Source of the DNA: Octopus sinensis
Taxonomy: Eukaryota
Length of the DNA: 64,000 bases
Reading direction: 5' to 3'
Assembly: GCF_006345805.1 (NCBI RefSeq)
Contig: NC_043000.1
Location: forward strand, 133,362,001 to 133,426,000
The translations under genes and the position numbers were made by a program. Shown here piece by piece: positions 10,651 to 24,581 of the stretch (position 1 is the first letter of the stretch; each line of letters begins with the position of its first letter). The notes beneath the pieces are model-generated. The model saw only the letters and a program-made list of their open reading frames with translations, was not told the DNA's origin and ran no database searches.

Positions 10651-11940
10651 GGATGGATGGATGGATGGACGGTTCATCATTTAATGTCCCCTTTTCCATA
10701 ATGGCTTGGGTTAAGCTGTTTGATATGAACTGACCAGCCAGTGGGGCGTGCTAAACTCCAGTGTCTGCTTTGGCATGGTTTTTACAGTTAGATGCCCTTC
10801 CTGATACCAACCACTTTACTGAATGTACTGTGTACTTTTTTCATGGTATCAGCACTGATGAGGTTAGCAAGTACTTGCAAAACAAGACCCCTTGACTGAA
10901 GGGTTATAGTATTATGGGATATGAAAAAATGGTAGTGGGACACTAGCAGGTGTCTTGCTGAAGAGATGAATACATGGCTTCCCCATTAAGAAAGAAAGAG
11001 AGAAATGCGAGGCCAAGGTACAAAGTGAACATAAGAATGAGAATTGAGGTAGAAGAAAAAAATTGGGTGCTAAATTGAACAAAAAGAATGTACTTAGATT
11101 TGTAGATCTCTTGGGTATGTATTGTGGTATATCCAGTTTCATTTCTCATTAAGACTCATTTCACTTCTTTCATGTTACTCACATCAGAAACTTGATTGGC
11201 TACTTGCAAAGATGTCTCTTTATTTCTGTTATATTCTCTCAACAACTATTGTTAAAAACTCCTTTGATTCATATTGCTTATTGATTGGAATAGGTTTGTG
11301 TTAGTATATGTTTTTTCTTGCAATTTTTTAATTATTAACAGCTATAGCTCATCTGTAATGGATCACAATGTGTTGAATTTGTTTGGTGGATATGTTCTGC
11401 TAATTCATTTGCAATTAGAGCGTTATTGTTACTACAATTTATTGATTTCTTCTGAAGCAGCCTGTGGAACAGTTGTGTGTGTGTGTGTGTGTGTGCATTT
11501 ATATATATTTATATATATAAATGCACACATACACACACACACACACACATACACATGATATATATGCACACACATACACATGATATATATATATACATAT
11601 ATATCATGTGTGTTTGCTGGCACAGACTTGAATATTACCAACGTATATATATATATATATATATATATATAACTTTGTATATATAAATAAATAATGGGTT
11701 GTTTGTTTATAGCGAATTCATTATTTATAACATTATAAATTGAGATTTTTTTATAGAGGCACAAAACACAAAGCCTCTCTTATTTGAATAGGGAAAAATA
11801 TATCACTCATAATACACTTGTCTTTTTAAGAACAGTAGCAATAAAGAAGAGTCATGGAGCTAGCAACAACTGTGAATCAGACCTATGTCACAGACTTGAT
11901 TTGTTGTGACTCCAAATGATTGTATATATACATATATATA

Positions 11941-12604
11941 TCACCTCGATCACCTTGACTGACCAGTTCGTCTGGCATCCATTTGACACCACTGGTCACA
12001 CCATGCTATCCACTCCTCTCTGGATCGCACCTTTCTCATCCATGTGATCCCAATCACCCTCCTGAAATTGTAACTCGACTGTTGTGGAGGCCTTCTGAGT
12101 GGTCGTTTCCACTCGCGTGGGTACCACTCGACAACTGCGCCGGTCCACCGTTTATCGGTGAGCCAGGCGACGTGTCCAGCCCATCTAAACTTGCTGCGTG
12201 TATATTCTACGATGACATTCCTCACGCCGGACTTCTCTCTGATGACCTCGCTACTGATGTGCTCTCTCAACAAGATTCCAAGCATTGACCTCTCCATGGC
12301 TCTTTGAGCTGTTGCCAATCTCTGTTCTTCTCTCTTTGTTGTAGCCCATGTTTCACTACCATATAACATTGTAGGTAGAACTGTGCTTTTGATGAAGTTG
12401 GCACTGGTGGTCCTGTCCAACCTTCCCTTGAGCACATCCCTTATGCCATTAAATGACTTCCATCTGGCCCTTATTCTCCGTGAGATCTCCTTTTCGATAT
12501 CTCGGCACATATACACTTCCTGTCCCAGGTAGACATATTCCTTTACCTCCTCTATTTCATCACTGCCGATCACTATTCGACCTGTTGATATGTTATCTGA
12601 CCGC
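11941..12604 (-). mobile_element. RTE LINE 5'-truncated copy (RT C-terminal/thumb region), inserted in (TA)n
   Basis: ORF 11950-12681: EEVKEYVYLGQ..STVLPTMLYGSETW..AQRAMERSMLG..KFRWAGHVA..WYPREWKRP; TA tracts on both flanks. Confidence 0.9.
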
Positions 12605-13011
12605 ATATATATATATATATACATATGTATATAAGAAGGAATATATATATATATGTATGTTTTTACTGGATCAACAAACATTGTTTTTATGCAAATACAC
12701 TTGCTTTCTCAGCATTCTAAATCAGACTCTAATTTGAATCAAAGTAGTTTAGTGATTTTCCTGGTAAGTATAATTTATTAAGTGGTTAATGTATGCTTAT
12801 TTTAGAGATTGCTTAACCAGAAATATTATTCAATGAGAGATCTTTAACTCTTTAACAGCAAAATTAAATGTCATGCTTATTATGGCAATGATATTAAATC
12901 TCTACTAAAAAATAGAATTAATATTTTCAGAAAGTCCTGTTGCCTCTGTAAACTTGAGAACCCGGCCATAATAAATAATAAAAATCAAAAAAATAATTAA
13001 CATTCTTCAGC

Positions 13012-13188
13012 AGGCACAGAAGTGGCTGTGTGGTAAGCAGCTTGCTTACCAACCACATGGTTCCAGGTTCAGTCCCACTGCGTGGCACCTTGGGCAAGTG
13101 TCTTCTACTATAGCCTCGGGCCGACCAAAGCCTTGTAAGTGGATTTGGTAGACGGAAACTGAAAGAAGCCCGTCGTATATATGTATAT

Positions 13189-13237
<49 letters not shown>

Positions 13238-13442
13238 ATATGTTTGTGTGTCTGGTTGTCCCAACATCGCTTGACAACCGATGCTGGTGTGTTTACATTT
13301 CCGTAACTTTGCGGTTCGGCAAAAGAGACCGATAGAATAAGTACTAGGCTTACAAAGAATACGTCCTGGGGTTGATATGCTCGACTAATGGCGGTGCTCC
13401 AGCATGGCCACAGTCAAATGACTGAAACAAGTAAAAGAGTAA
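13012..13442 (+). mobile_element. SINE family E, full length with internal (TA)n/(TG)n
   Basis: A/B box head, internal microsatellite, AAAAGAGT tail; near-identical to 62512-62925. Confidence 0.9.
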
Positions 13443-15253
13443 GGGACAACCTGGTGTATAAAACTATTTTCCACAGTTAAGGGTAGTGAAACTTTGAGTG
13501 GATGTGTCTTATTTCCGCAGTAAAAGGGTTAACATAAGACATAGGAACTTGGCAAACCAAGATCATTGCCTTTCACTTCATTTACATAGCTATTGCTTTT
13601 GAGAAAACATGAATGTCACACAATCTCATTTCCTTTCTTTCCATTCTTGTAGCTTGGTACCTTTGTCAAAAATCGATATCTTTGAAATTTGGCTGAAGCG
13701 GAATCAATATTTTATTTAAAAGTGTTTTAAATAACTGATATACATAGAAATAGAGTGTCACATAAGAGAAGGAAGTGGTTAAATTGAAGTATTCTATACT
13801 TATAGTCAAGAGGGAAATTGGTTGTTTTATATATATGTCTGTGTATCTGTGTGTTATAGCTTAATTAAAGATTAGTAGTATAAAAAGATACCATTACTCT
13901 CAAGCTACATTTAATCAATTTTCACGGCTGATTGACATTTACATGAAATCTGTGTGCCTACTTTCAGATTTCACTACATATATATTAAGATCTATGTTGT
14001 CTGCTATTTTCAGATTGGTTTCTCTGTCAGGGATATTTTGTTAGTTTTCCAAAAATACTTTTACTCTTAGATTCATTGGTTGGATAACTACCGCTTAGAG
14101 CAAGCTGACAGCTGTTAGTGTCATTACTAAACTACTGTTACTTACTATATCGATGTATTTTGCACTGTAGTTACTATACTATCACTTTCCATCTCACTTG
14201 TTTGTAAACACTGAAACAGACAAAGAAAAGACAGGAAGAACAGTCTTTTCCCCGAGACATGAAATGAAGATATAATGATGGTGATGGAGATGAAGACAGA
14301 GTGGTTGTTTGTTGAATATATTCCTATTTCATTTCTCTTGATGACACAGCACACCCATTTTATTATAATAAATGTATCCCAAACCAACAAGAAGCCTTTA
14401 TATGGTTACTAAACCTGCTGGAAATAGTAACCAAATCCCCTCAAATTATACCTGCCATTGTAGAAAAGTATGTATTAGATAATGTGATCATAGAAATAGG
14501 AGACCGGATGGCCTTGACTAGAATGCATTTAGTAATAGTTCTACATGATCAGGGCTGACTTAGGGCTACAGGATATCATCAATGTATACTATATCCTTAT
14601 CCTTTAATGTAATATGTATGCGTAGATAATTTATTTCAAACACTTTACCATATCAAAATCTGGTGACTACTTAGTTTGACTATTACCATCAAATTGTTAT
14701 TAATTTCAAAACAGATGTTAGGTTTTAAACACAAAATGAAGTAAATATTTATTCATACTTCCCCACCCAAACTTGTGTAATGTAAGTAATCATGTTCTAG
14801 TCTCTTCCTTCATACTTTAACTTTTCATCACCCAGTATAAAGCTGCCTCCTTCTTTCGTTAATGTAGCTCCACTCAATGAAAGTGGATCTTAATCTTCCA
14901 AATTACATGGTGACCTTACTGGTGCTTGTACCACACCAAGAGGTACCCAATACACTCTGTAAAATGTTTGGTGTTTGGAAGGTCATCCAGCTGTTGAAAC
15001 CTTATCAAAGCAGACATTGGAGCATGAAACAAACCTCTAATTTGCCAGATCCTGTCACCATCGATCCCATGTCTGCATGGAAAATGGTTGTTAAAAGGTG
15101 GTGATGATGATGACTTTAATTCAGTCTGTATCTAGATTTTAATTTTAGAGATGCTGGCATCGGTTTTTAAAAGTAGCATGAACAATTATGATGTAGTCTT
15201 TCTTACAAACACAACTGTTTCTGACCAGCAATTGAAATTACATATTGTTGTTG

Positions 15254-15654
15254 CAGTTTGTTTGTTTGTTTGTTGAGCGAAGTGGTCTTCGTCCCAGAGC
15301 TCGCAAGATCGTGCCTCAGGATTGTCTGTAGCGGAAGAAGTCCGAAACGTAGTCCTTTGCTATTCGTAAGACCCGCAGAAGAGAAAGCAGGTCAACCCCC
15401 GACACCAAGAGCATCGACGGATGGATGAATGCGCATCCAGGCTCAGCGGTTGCGTAGGAAGTCGGGGACAAGAAACAGGAAGAAAGAATGAGAGAAAGTT
15501 GGAGCGAAAGAGTACAACAGGGGTCACCACCCCCCCTGCCAGAGCCTCGGTGTTTTCACTCAATAAACACACACAACGCCTGGTCTGAGAATGGAAACCG
15601 CGATCCTCCGACCGCGAGTCTGCTGCCCTAACAACTGGGCCATTGCGCCTCCAC
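15254..15654 (-). mobile_element. SINE family C, tail 3
   Basis: Family C head/central domain on minus strand, unique tail ending in (CAAA)n; TSD TTGTTGTTG 15245-15253 / 15655-15663. Confidence 0.8.
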
Positions 15655-15773
15655 TTGTTGTTGACCCTGATGAAGGAGAGCCTTCAGAATTAATGATGTT
15701 TTATGGGTGGCCTACCTGTCAGTTTTCAGAAAGGACATCTTAGATCATAGTATCTAACGTATTTCTTTCTTTT

Positions 15774-16004
15774 TTAACCCTTTAGCACTTAAAATGGTCA
15801 TATCTGGCCCAAATATTCTACCTGTTCTATGCTTGAACTGGCCAGATCCAGCCAGCCTCTCACACCTATTCTACAATGTCATTCTAAAAATAAGCAATAA
15901 CATCATTGAAATTTTGAAGCTATGAGGTAATGCACAAGCAATTCAAAACAATGTGAATAAACAAGCATTACATTTGACATGATAATCTGAATGCTACAGG
16001 GCTA
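15774..16004. mobile_element. piggyBac-like MITE (TTAA-CCCTTTAGC family)
   Basis: TTAACCCTTTAGC left end; degenerate right end; same body as 18319, 26984, 47190. Confidence 0.7.
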
Positions 16005-16204
16005 GGACAGTAGAGTATAATTTGAAGGAGATTTGGGTCGACATTTCTCACAAGTTAGCTGGTAGAGTAGATATTGGTTTGGCCGTGTAGTATTGGGAAT
16101 TCACTGCTAGATCGTAGCACTTTTCACATATTAACATTTCAAATTAATATCAATGTGCGGTGGTTGTTGTCATCATGGAAGCTACTTTGTAGTTGTTCAA
16201 TCTG

Positions 16205-16238
<34 letters not shown>

Positions 16239-16555
16239 AGCCATGTTTTCCCTTCAGAGAACGCACATTGTTTTATTGTCTACTTTTCCATGAGTGCTTG
16301 TGTCAGAAGTAAACTTATTGGGGCAAAATTTTTTTACAGCTGACACTCTTCATGTCACCAGTTGCAACCTGTTTCCAAGTGGGGTAATAATCTAGTGAAC
16401 AAAAAAAAAAGCAAACAAACAAACAAACAAAACAACCCCGGCATTGCTTAAGTGGAGAACTGGACACAAACAACACTGAACGAACCTCTTGTTTACAAAC
16501 TAGCAAACAAAACACACATGTAGATGAGGGAAAGATGAAATTAGCCATACAACCA

Positions 16556-16599
<44 letters not shown>

Positions 16600-16920
16600 C
16601 ACACACACACACACACATACACTCAGACATGATGGGTTGGGTTTCTTTCAGGTTCTGCCCTCCAAATCTACCCGTAAGGCTTTGATTAGTCTAGGGTTAT
16701 AGTAGAAGACACTTGCCCAAGATATCACACAGTTGGATTGGACACCAAAGATAAAAGGGCTTTGGTTAGAACATGAATCATAGCTGTGAATATAAGCAAC
16801 TGAACTTGAAGTGGGTTACTGTAAGGTACATTGTAGGTTACCCAGCTCATGCAAGACTGATATTGGCAACTAGTGACTTAAGCCATGTCTAACCTAAAAG
16901 CATTATCTAATAGTTAGTTG

Positions 16921-17245
16921 AAGGTGCATGGCTTAGTAGTTAGAGCATTGGGCCCACAATCATGAGGAAGTGAGTTTGATTCCCAGCTCAGGCTGTATGT
17001 TGTATTCTTGAGCAAGACACTTTATTTCACATTGCTTCAGTTCACTCAGCTGTAGAAATGAGTTGCAACGTCACTGGTGCCAAGCTGTATTGGCCTTTGC
17101 CTTTCCCTTGGATGACACTGGTGGGGTGGAGAGGGGATGCTGGTGTACATGGGTGACTGCTGGTCTTCCATAAAACAACCTTGCCCAGACTTGTGCCTTG
17201 GAGGTTAACTTTCTAGGTGCAATCCTATGGCTATACTCTTTACCT
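16921..17245 (+). mobile_element. SINE family B
   Basis: AAGGTGCATGGCTTAGTAGTTAGAGC head, body matches 62979-63320. Confidence 0.85.
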
Positions 17246-17249
17246 CTCT

Positions 17250-17700
17250 CTGTGCCATGAGGCACATAAGGCTGTAACATGATCTCTCCAACCAGCTCTG
17301 TTACCTAGCACTGTTCTGGTCTCATACCAGTTCTCCACCCCTGTTGTCTCCTTCCCTTGTCTATGGTCCTTTACCATGTGGTTTTAAGGTGCCCTTCTGC
17401 TCTTTTTCCCTCAGGCTGCCACTCCAGTGCTGCCATACAATTACTTCCTTGATTTTATCTGAGGATGTGTCCGAGCCAATTCCAGATTCTGGGTCTTATT
17501 TCATCACTGATCCTGTTGCTGCCTGCTGTCGTCACAACTGCATCATTTCAGACTCTCTGTTGCCAATTGATGTCAAGTATTCTCTCTAAGCATGTGAATT
17601 GGAAGCTGTCTATTTTTTTTTCTTCCATTTTCGTCACTCCATTGTGATGATGTTCACTGATGTCATCTTTGTCTTCTTGCTTTTTCAATTGGTAGAACAA
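17250..17700 (-). mobile_element. RTE LINE ORF2 C-terminal fragment (separate subfamily)
   Basis: Minus-strand CLERILDINWQQRV..WNWLGHILR..ALEWQPEGKR..KTTW. Confidence 0.75.
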
Positions 17701-17789
17701 AGTACCAGTCAAGTATTGGGGTCAGTAGTGTTGACTGTCCCCACCTTCCCCAATTGCTGACCTTGGGCCAAATACGGAACCATTATTAT

Positions 17790-18096
17790 TACTATCATGG
17801 AGTGTGGCCAATGCCAGCGCCGCCTTGACTGGCTTCTGTGCCAGTGGCACATAAAAAGCACCAACCGATCATGGCAGATGCCAGCCTCCCCTGGCACCTG
17901 TGCTGGTGGCATGTAAAAAGCACCCACTACACTCACGGAGTGGTTGGCATTAGGAAGGGCATCCAGCTGTAGAAACACTGCCAGATCAGACTGGAGCCTG
18001 GTGCAGCCTCCTGGCTTCCCAGACCCTGGTCGAACCGTCCAACCTATGCTAGCATGGAAAACGGACGTTAAACGATGATGATGATGGTGATGATGA
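17790..18096 (+). mobile_element. RTE 3' UTR copy (family A)
   Basis: GAGTGGTTGGCATTAGGAAGGGCATCCAGCTGTAGAAAC...GTTAAACGATGATG. Confidence 0.85.
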
Positions 18097-18318
18097 GAGT
18101 AATACCGGCCAGGCCAATATCTTGAATGGCTTCAGCTTCATTTTGTGGCCTATACCTTTGCTTCTCCATACCCTATTACATTGTGGAATGCTCTCTGGGC
18201 TTTGGATATTCTGTTTATATCTACTGTTCCTTCTCCATCTTTCTTGACAGTCCCCTTGAGATTAGCAAATTTTGAAATTATCTGTTCTCTTTACATTTAC
18301 TCACTGTCTTACTTCAAA

Positions 18319-18542
18319 TTAACCCTTTAGTATTTAAACCGGCCATATTCGGCCAAAATATTTAATCTGTTTTATGTTCAAACTGACCAGATCCAGGCTC
18401 TCACACCTACCCTACAATGCTATTCTACATTAGGTAATTACACCATCAACATCTTGAAGATATGAGATAATGCATGATTAATTCAAATCAATAATCAATT
18501 AGCATTATGTTTGATAGAATAATCTGAACGCTAAAGGGTTAA
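18319..18542. mobile_element. piggyBac-like MITE
   Basis: TTAA-CCCTTTAG ... CTAAAGGG-TTAA. Confidence 0.85.
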
Positions 18543-18904
18543 ACAAAAACTTTATTTCTGCTGACTGTATCTTGAGTTCTGTTATTCCTTTAAGTACATT
18601 ATTACTATGTTAATTGCATAATTCACATTAAGATGTTTACGTAAACATATAATCACATAATGATTTAGTGATTTTGTGTATTTAGTAACTTGATTAGTTT
18701 AAATGTCATATACAAACTTTTGGTAGTGTGCATACCAACATGTGTGGCTGTGCGGTTGAGAGCTTCCTTTCCCGACCAGGTGGGTTCAGGTTCAATCTCA
18801 CTGTGTTGCACCTTTCACAAGTGCTTTTTACTTTAGTGCAGGAGAACCAAAGCTTTGTGAGTGGATTTGGTAGACAAAAATTGAATTATATATCTATATT
18901 CTTT

Positions 18905-19610
18905 TTTTTATTTTACTTGTTTTGATGCTGGTACACCACCTTTAGTCAAGCAAATCGACCCCAGCACATATTCTTTGTAAGCCTAGTACTTATTTTATTG
19001 GTCTATATTACCGAACTGCTAAGTTGCTGAGACCCCCTTTGGTCATGACTGACCATGGGATTGCACCTAGAAAGTTACCCTCCGAGGCAGAAGTCCGGGC
19101 AAGATTGTTTATGGAAGACCAGCAGTCGCCCATGCATACTGGTCTCCCCTCTCCACGCCAGCAGTGTTATCTAAGGGAAAGGCAAAGGCTGATACAGCTT
19201 GGCACCTGTGATGTCACAACTCATTTCTACAGCTGAGTGAATTGGAGCAACGGGAAATAAAGTGTCTTGCTCAAGAACACAACATGCAGCCCGGTCCGGG
19301 ATTCAAACTCACAACCTCACGATCGTAAGCTCGACACTCTAACCACTGAGCCATGCGCCTTCACTGCTAAGGTATGGGGATGTAAGCACACCAGCATCAG
19401 TTGTCAAGCGATGTTGGGGGGGGGGAGCAAACACAGACACACACACATATACACAACAGACTTCTTTCAGTTTCCGTCTACTAAATCCACTCATAAGGCT
19501 TTGGTTGGCCCAAGGCTATAGTAGAAGGCACTTGTTCAAGGTGCCATGCAGTGGGATTGAACCCAGAACCATGTGGTTGGGAAGCAAGCTACTTACCACA
19601 GCCATTCCTG
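18905..19610 (-). mobile_element. SINE family E carrying a nested family B copy (19024-19362)
   Basis: Perfect 9-bp TSD ACTGCTAAG at 19015-19023 and 19363-19371 around the B copy. Confidence 0.85.
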
Positions 19611-19619
19611 TGCTTATAT

Positions 19620-19915
19620 ATCATCATCATCATCATTTAACATCCACTTTCCATGCTAGCATGGGTTGGACGATTTGACTGAGGACTGGCAAACCAGAAG
19701 GCTGCACCAGGCTCCAATCTGATCTGGCAGAGTTTCTACAGCTGGATGCCCTTCCTAACGCCAATCACTCGAGAGTGTAGCGGGTGCTTTTACATGCCAC
19801 TGGCACAAATGGTGTTTTTTTACGTGCCACCTGCACAGGAGCCAGTTCAGCGGCACTGGCAATGATCTCGCTGATTTTTCACATGCCACTGGCACACTCA
19901 CCGGCATCGATGTGT
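19620..19915 (-). mobile_element. RTE 3' UTR copy (family A)
   Basis: (CAT)n-TTTAACATCC...GGATGCCCTTCCTAACGCC. Confidence 0.85.
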
Positions 19916-20134
19916 GTATACTTATTGAAGTAGTTTGACTTGTGAGTCCTATCAAAACATGTGGCTTTTACATGCAGTAATAGCCCATGATATTGTAGTG
20001 TATTTTATATATAATAAAATTAGATACCGTGTATTAATTTTTTTCCTTAATTGGTTTACACACTGGTTACTTGATAAAATCTTATATAGATTTTATCCTT
20101 ATATTTTCTATACATATATATCTTTTAGCTTTTA

Positions 20135-20381
20135 CTTGTTTCAGGCATTTGACTGGGGCACTACCTTAAATAGTTTGTAGTTGAAGAAATTGACCCCAGT
20201 GCTTATCTTTTTAAGCCTGGTATTTATTCTGTTTGCCTCTTATGCCAAACCGCTAAGTTACGGGGACATAAACACACCAACACCGGATGTCAAGAGTGAC
20301 AGAAGGACAACAACAGACATAAAGACATGCACATGGTTATATATATATATATATACATGCACACACACACACATACATATG

Positions 20382-20433
<52 letters not shown>

Positions 20434-20448
20434 CATATACATGCACAC

Positions 20449-20502
<54 letters not shown>

Positions 20503-20880
20503 GTATGAATATAATCAAAAGGGTAATAATATAGATTTGTACCAGTGGCTCAGCACAAAGGACGAATTAGTCATTAGACAAAATATTATTCATATAGAAA
20601 AATATTATTCATGTAGAAATATAATTAAGGGCTCCTAAATAAAGATGCCAAGTGCTAGGGACACAAAAAAGGGATAAATTTATCGAGAGTGAAAATATAT
20701 ATATATATATATATATAACACGATGGGCTTCTTTCAGATTCTGTCTACCAAATCCCCTCACAAGGCTTTGGTTGGCCTGAGTCTATAGTAGAAGACACTT
20801 GCCCAAGGTGCCATGCAGTGGGACTGAACTTGGAACCATGTGGTTGAGAAGGAAGCTTCTTACCACACACCCACTCCTGC
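20135..20880 (-). mobile_element. SINE family E with expanded (TA)/(CA) tract and an extra insert
   Basis: Family E ends intact; microsatellite 20335-20505 and unrelated AT-rich block about 20510-20695. Confidence 0.75.
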
Positions 20881-21799
20881 ACCTATATATTATTTGCTTC
20901 ACATAATTTGTAATACTGTTTCGGAGGTAGGCATGAATATCGCAACATTGAAATTCTCTCCTTCCTATAAATCAAAGACTTTGTGTCTACCTTATAAATC
21001 AGTATTAATAGTAATATGTTTTTCTGACAAGATAATTTCATTTTTTTTTTATTTTAGAAGCTGCTCTAAAACCATTGAAAATTTTCCTCAGTTGTTGTTA
21101 CGAATAAATATTGTATTAACCTTACAAGATTACATATTTGCATTGATATTTGACTGCGGAAGATTGAAGCACTCTATATCAGATATTGTAACCTATGTAA
21201 TCAGAGTTTTGTAATAGTTTATTTCTTGTTATTTTTTTTATATCACAATTTATGAACAATATTGTTATTGGGTTACATGTCACCATCTTTGAACTACAGC
21301 ATTTTGATGGTGAAAGTGAGGAAAGCCACTGATTCAATATGTAATGGGATCATTTTCTTCAATTTCCTTGCAGAACAGCACTGGTGCTAGCGGCATATTA
21401 AAAGCACTGGTGTTAGTGCTACATAAAAAGCACCTGGTAAACTCTGTAGAGTGGTTGGCATTAGGAAGGACATCCGGCCATAGAAACCATACCACAACAG
21501 ACAATGGAACTTGGTGTGGCATCGGCCTTATTAGCTCCGATCAAACCATTGAAAGGGGACATTAAATGATGATGATGATAATCATGTCTACACATAGACA
21601 TAGGCAAGGCTGTGTGGCTTAGCAGCATTTCGTCCACCTTTACATTCTGAGTTCAAATTCTGCTGAGGTCGATTTTGCTTTTCATCCTTTCAGGGTTGAT
21701 AAAGTGAATGCTAGTTCAACACTGGGGTTGATGTAATCAATTCACCCCCTCCCTTGATATTATTGATCTTTTGTCAAAGTTTGAAACCAATACTCTTTA

Positions 21800-22180
21800 C
21801 TCTTTTACCTTGTTTCAGTCATTTGACCATGGCCATGCTGGAGCATTGCCTTTAGTTGAATGAATCAACCCCAGGACTTATTCTTTGTAAGCCTAGTACT
21901 TATTCTATCGGTCTCTCTTGCTGAACCGCTAAGTTACGGGGACGTAAACATGCCAGCATTGGTTGTCAAACGATGTTGGGGGTGGGGACAAACACAGACA
22001 CACACATATATACATATATGTGACGGGCTTCTTTCAGTTTCCGTCTACAAAATCCACTCACAAGGCTTTGGTCGGCCTGAGGCTATAGTAGAAGACACTT
22101 GCCCAAGGTGCCACGCAGTGGGACTGAACCCAGAACTATGTGGTTCGTAAGCAAGCTACTTACCACATAGCCACTCCTAC
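21800..22180 (-). mobile_element. SINE family E
   Basis: Reverse complement of 13012-13442. Confidence 0.88.
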
Positions 22181-23005
22181 ACCTATGGTTATTTGTTTTT
22201 AGCATTTCTTCTGCAGTTCCATCTAATCCTGAAGCCTTTCTGTATTTTTTTCACATTGTTCAGTGACCGTTGCTATTTCTTCAGCAGATAGACATTTCAC
22301 AGAGCAAAAATATACTTGAGTAAAAATTGTTTACAATTTGTGTGAAGTGCTTATGTTTTGTGATATTTTTTTTTCTGCTTCACCACACTTGAATGATTGT
22401 AATAGTTGTAATAGTAATACAGATATGTAAATTGGGTTTATAACATTAAAATGAAGAATTTGAAAGTGATACTGTGACAGTGATACTTCTCTTTTATTTA
22501 TCTGTAAATTAAGTCAAATGGTTCCGAATACGAACTGAAATGGACCACAGATGCTTTCACTAAGTATCTGCTGTCGCATCAGCAGTACACCATGCTAGTA
22601 GTCGTAGCAACAATTAGTTCTTGTCCTAGAATGCATGAAGGAAAACTGTTGTTTTATCTACTAACTTACGCTAGCATTGTGCAATGCATATGCAGAGAAT
22701 TACATTTAGACTGAAAAGAAAGATACACTGTCTGTAAATGCATCTATAATAGAAGTAGATGAAGTACCATTTGAAGTACAGTGATTGTACTTCAGTCAGC
22801 TCATTCAGAGTTGTTTTGTTGTTAGAATTCTTTTGTTGCCGGATGATTCACAAGGCATTGTTTAAAACTGCTTTAATAGTCTGATTTTCTCTTGAAACCT
22901 TGATGTATTGCAACGATTGTTGTCTACTATAATAGAGATTTCAGTGTACGTCTGAAAAACTGCTACCGTTGTTGCTACTGCTGCTGTTGTTGTTGTTGTT
23001 GTTAA

Positions 23006-23213
23006 TGTGGCAAGCAGGCAGACTCATTGGTATGCCAGATAAAATACTTAGCGACATTTTGTCAGTCTTTATATTCTGAGTTCAAATTCTGCCAAGGTTG
23101 GCTTTGTGTTTCATCCTTTCAGTGTTGATAAAATGAGTAACAGTCATGCAATGGGTTGATGTAACTAACTAGCTTCCTCCCCCCAAATTTCAGGCCTTTT
23201 GCTTATAAGAGAA

Positions 23214-23285
<72 letters not shown>

Positions 23286-23511
23286 TAGTTTTATTTTTAT
23301 TGCGTGCTTTCACTTCACTACCGAGCACAGCTCTGTGTGCCTTGAGTATGTGCTGTGATTTGTTGTGATGCTCTGATGCTTATTGTATGGAAAGTGTTCT
23401 GCATAGGATGTGTGCAGTGCCTAGTAGTACAATTTTCTGTATGTTATATGTGTAAAATTGCACTACTAGGCACTGCACACATCCTACGCAGAACACTTTC
23501 CATACAATAAC

Positions 23512-23554
<43 letters not shown>

Positions 23555-24545
23555 TAGTAGTTTTATTTTTATTGCGTGCTTTCACTTCACTACTGAGCAC
23601 AGCTCTGTGTGCCTTTGGTATGTGCTGTGATTTGTTGTGACGCTCTGATGGTTACTGTATTGAAAGTGTTTTGCGTAGGATGTGTGCAGTGCTCAGTAGT
23701 GCAATTTTTTCCTGGTGTTTTTGTTATGTATTTGTTTGAATATTTTTTTATCATACCTAATGCACCTACTATGATAGGAATCATTTCTGTTTTTAGATTC
23801 CACATTCGAGTTACCTCTATTTCCAGGTCCTTGTATTTTGAAAGTTTCTTCATTTCTTTTAGAGACATGTTGTCACCTGCTGGTTATTATTATTATTATT
23901 ATTATTATTATGGTGGTGAGCTGGCAGATTTGTTAATGCATTGACTAAAATGCTTAGCAGCTTTTTCCATCCATTTTTATGTTCTGAGTTCAAATTCTGT
24001 CAAGGTCAACTTTGCCTTTCATCCTTTCAGGGTTGATAAATTAAGTACCAGCCAAATACTGGGATCAGTGCAATTAACCGTCCTCTTCCTCACAAAGTTC
24101 CAGGTCTTTATTATTATTATTTTTATTATTATTGTAAGGTGGTGAGATGGCAGAATAGTTAGCATCGTGGGCAAAACGCTTAGTGGCATTTTGTCCGTCT
24201 TTACGTTCTGAATTCAAATTCCACCAAGGTTGACTCTGCCTTTCATCCTTTCAGGGTCGATAAAATAAGTACCATTTGAGTCCTGGGATCGCTGTTATTG
24301 ACTTAACCCTACCCACTATGTTGCTGGCTTTGTGCCAAAATTTGAAATCATCACTATTATTATTAGTGTTGATTCAACAGAATTGTTATCCTGTCAGAAT
24401 TCAAATTCTTCTGAGGTTAACTTTGCCTTTCTTCCTTTGAAGTTCAATATAATGATAAAAAACAGTTGAACACTAGGGTGGATGTAATCAACTAACCCCC
24501 TACTCTTACTCTTAAAATAGCTGACCTTGTGCAAAAATTTGAAAC

Positions 24546-24581
<36 letters not shown>

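Noticed and set aside
15320-15362. Hammerhead-like CTGTAGC-GGA..TCC-GAAAC-GTA-GTC in SINE tail 3
   Set aside because: Core differs at A6 and A9 without compensation and no helix I partner is adjacent.
15666-15690. CTGATGA followed by a hairpin
   Set aside because: No GAAA directly after the stem, and no helix I/III; not a hammerhead.
20181-20638. Tyr/Ile/His/Thr-rich ORFs (also 11274-11764, 12927-13277, 28328-28650)
   Set aside because: Translations of (TA)n, (CA)n and (GA)n microsatellites within SINEs.
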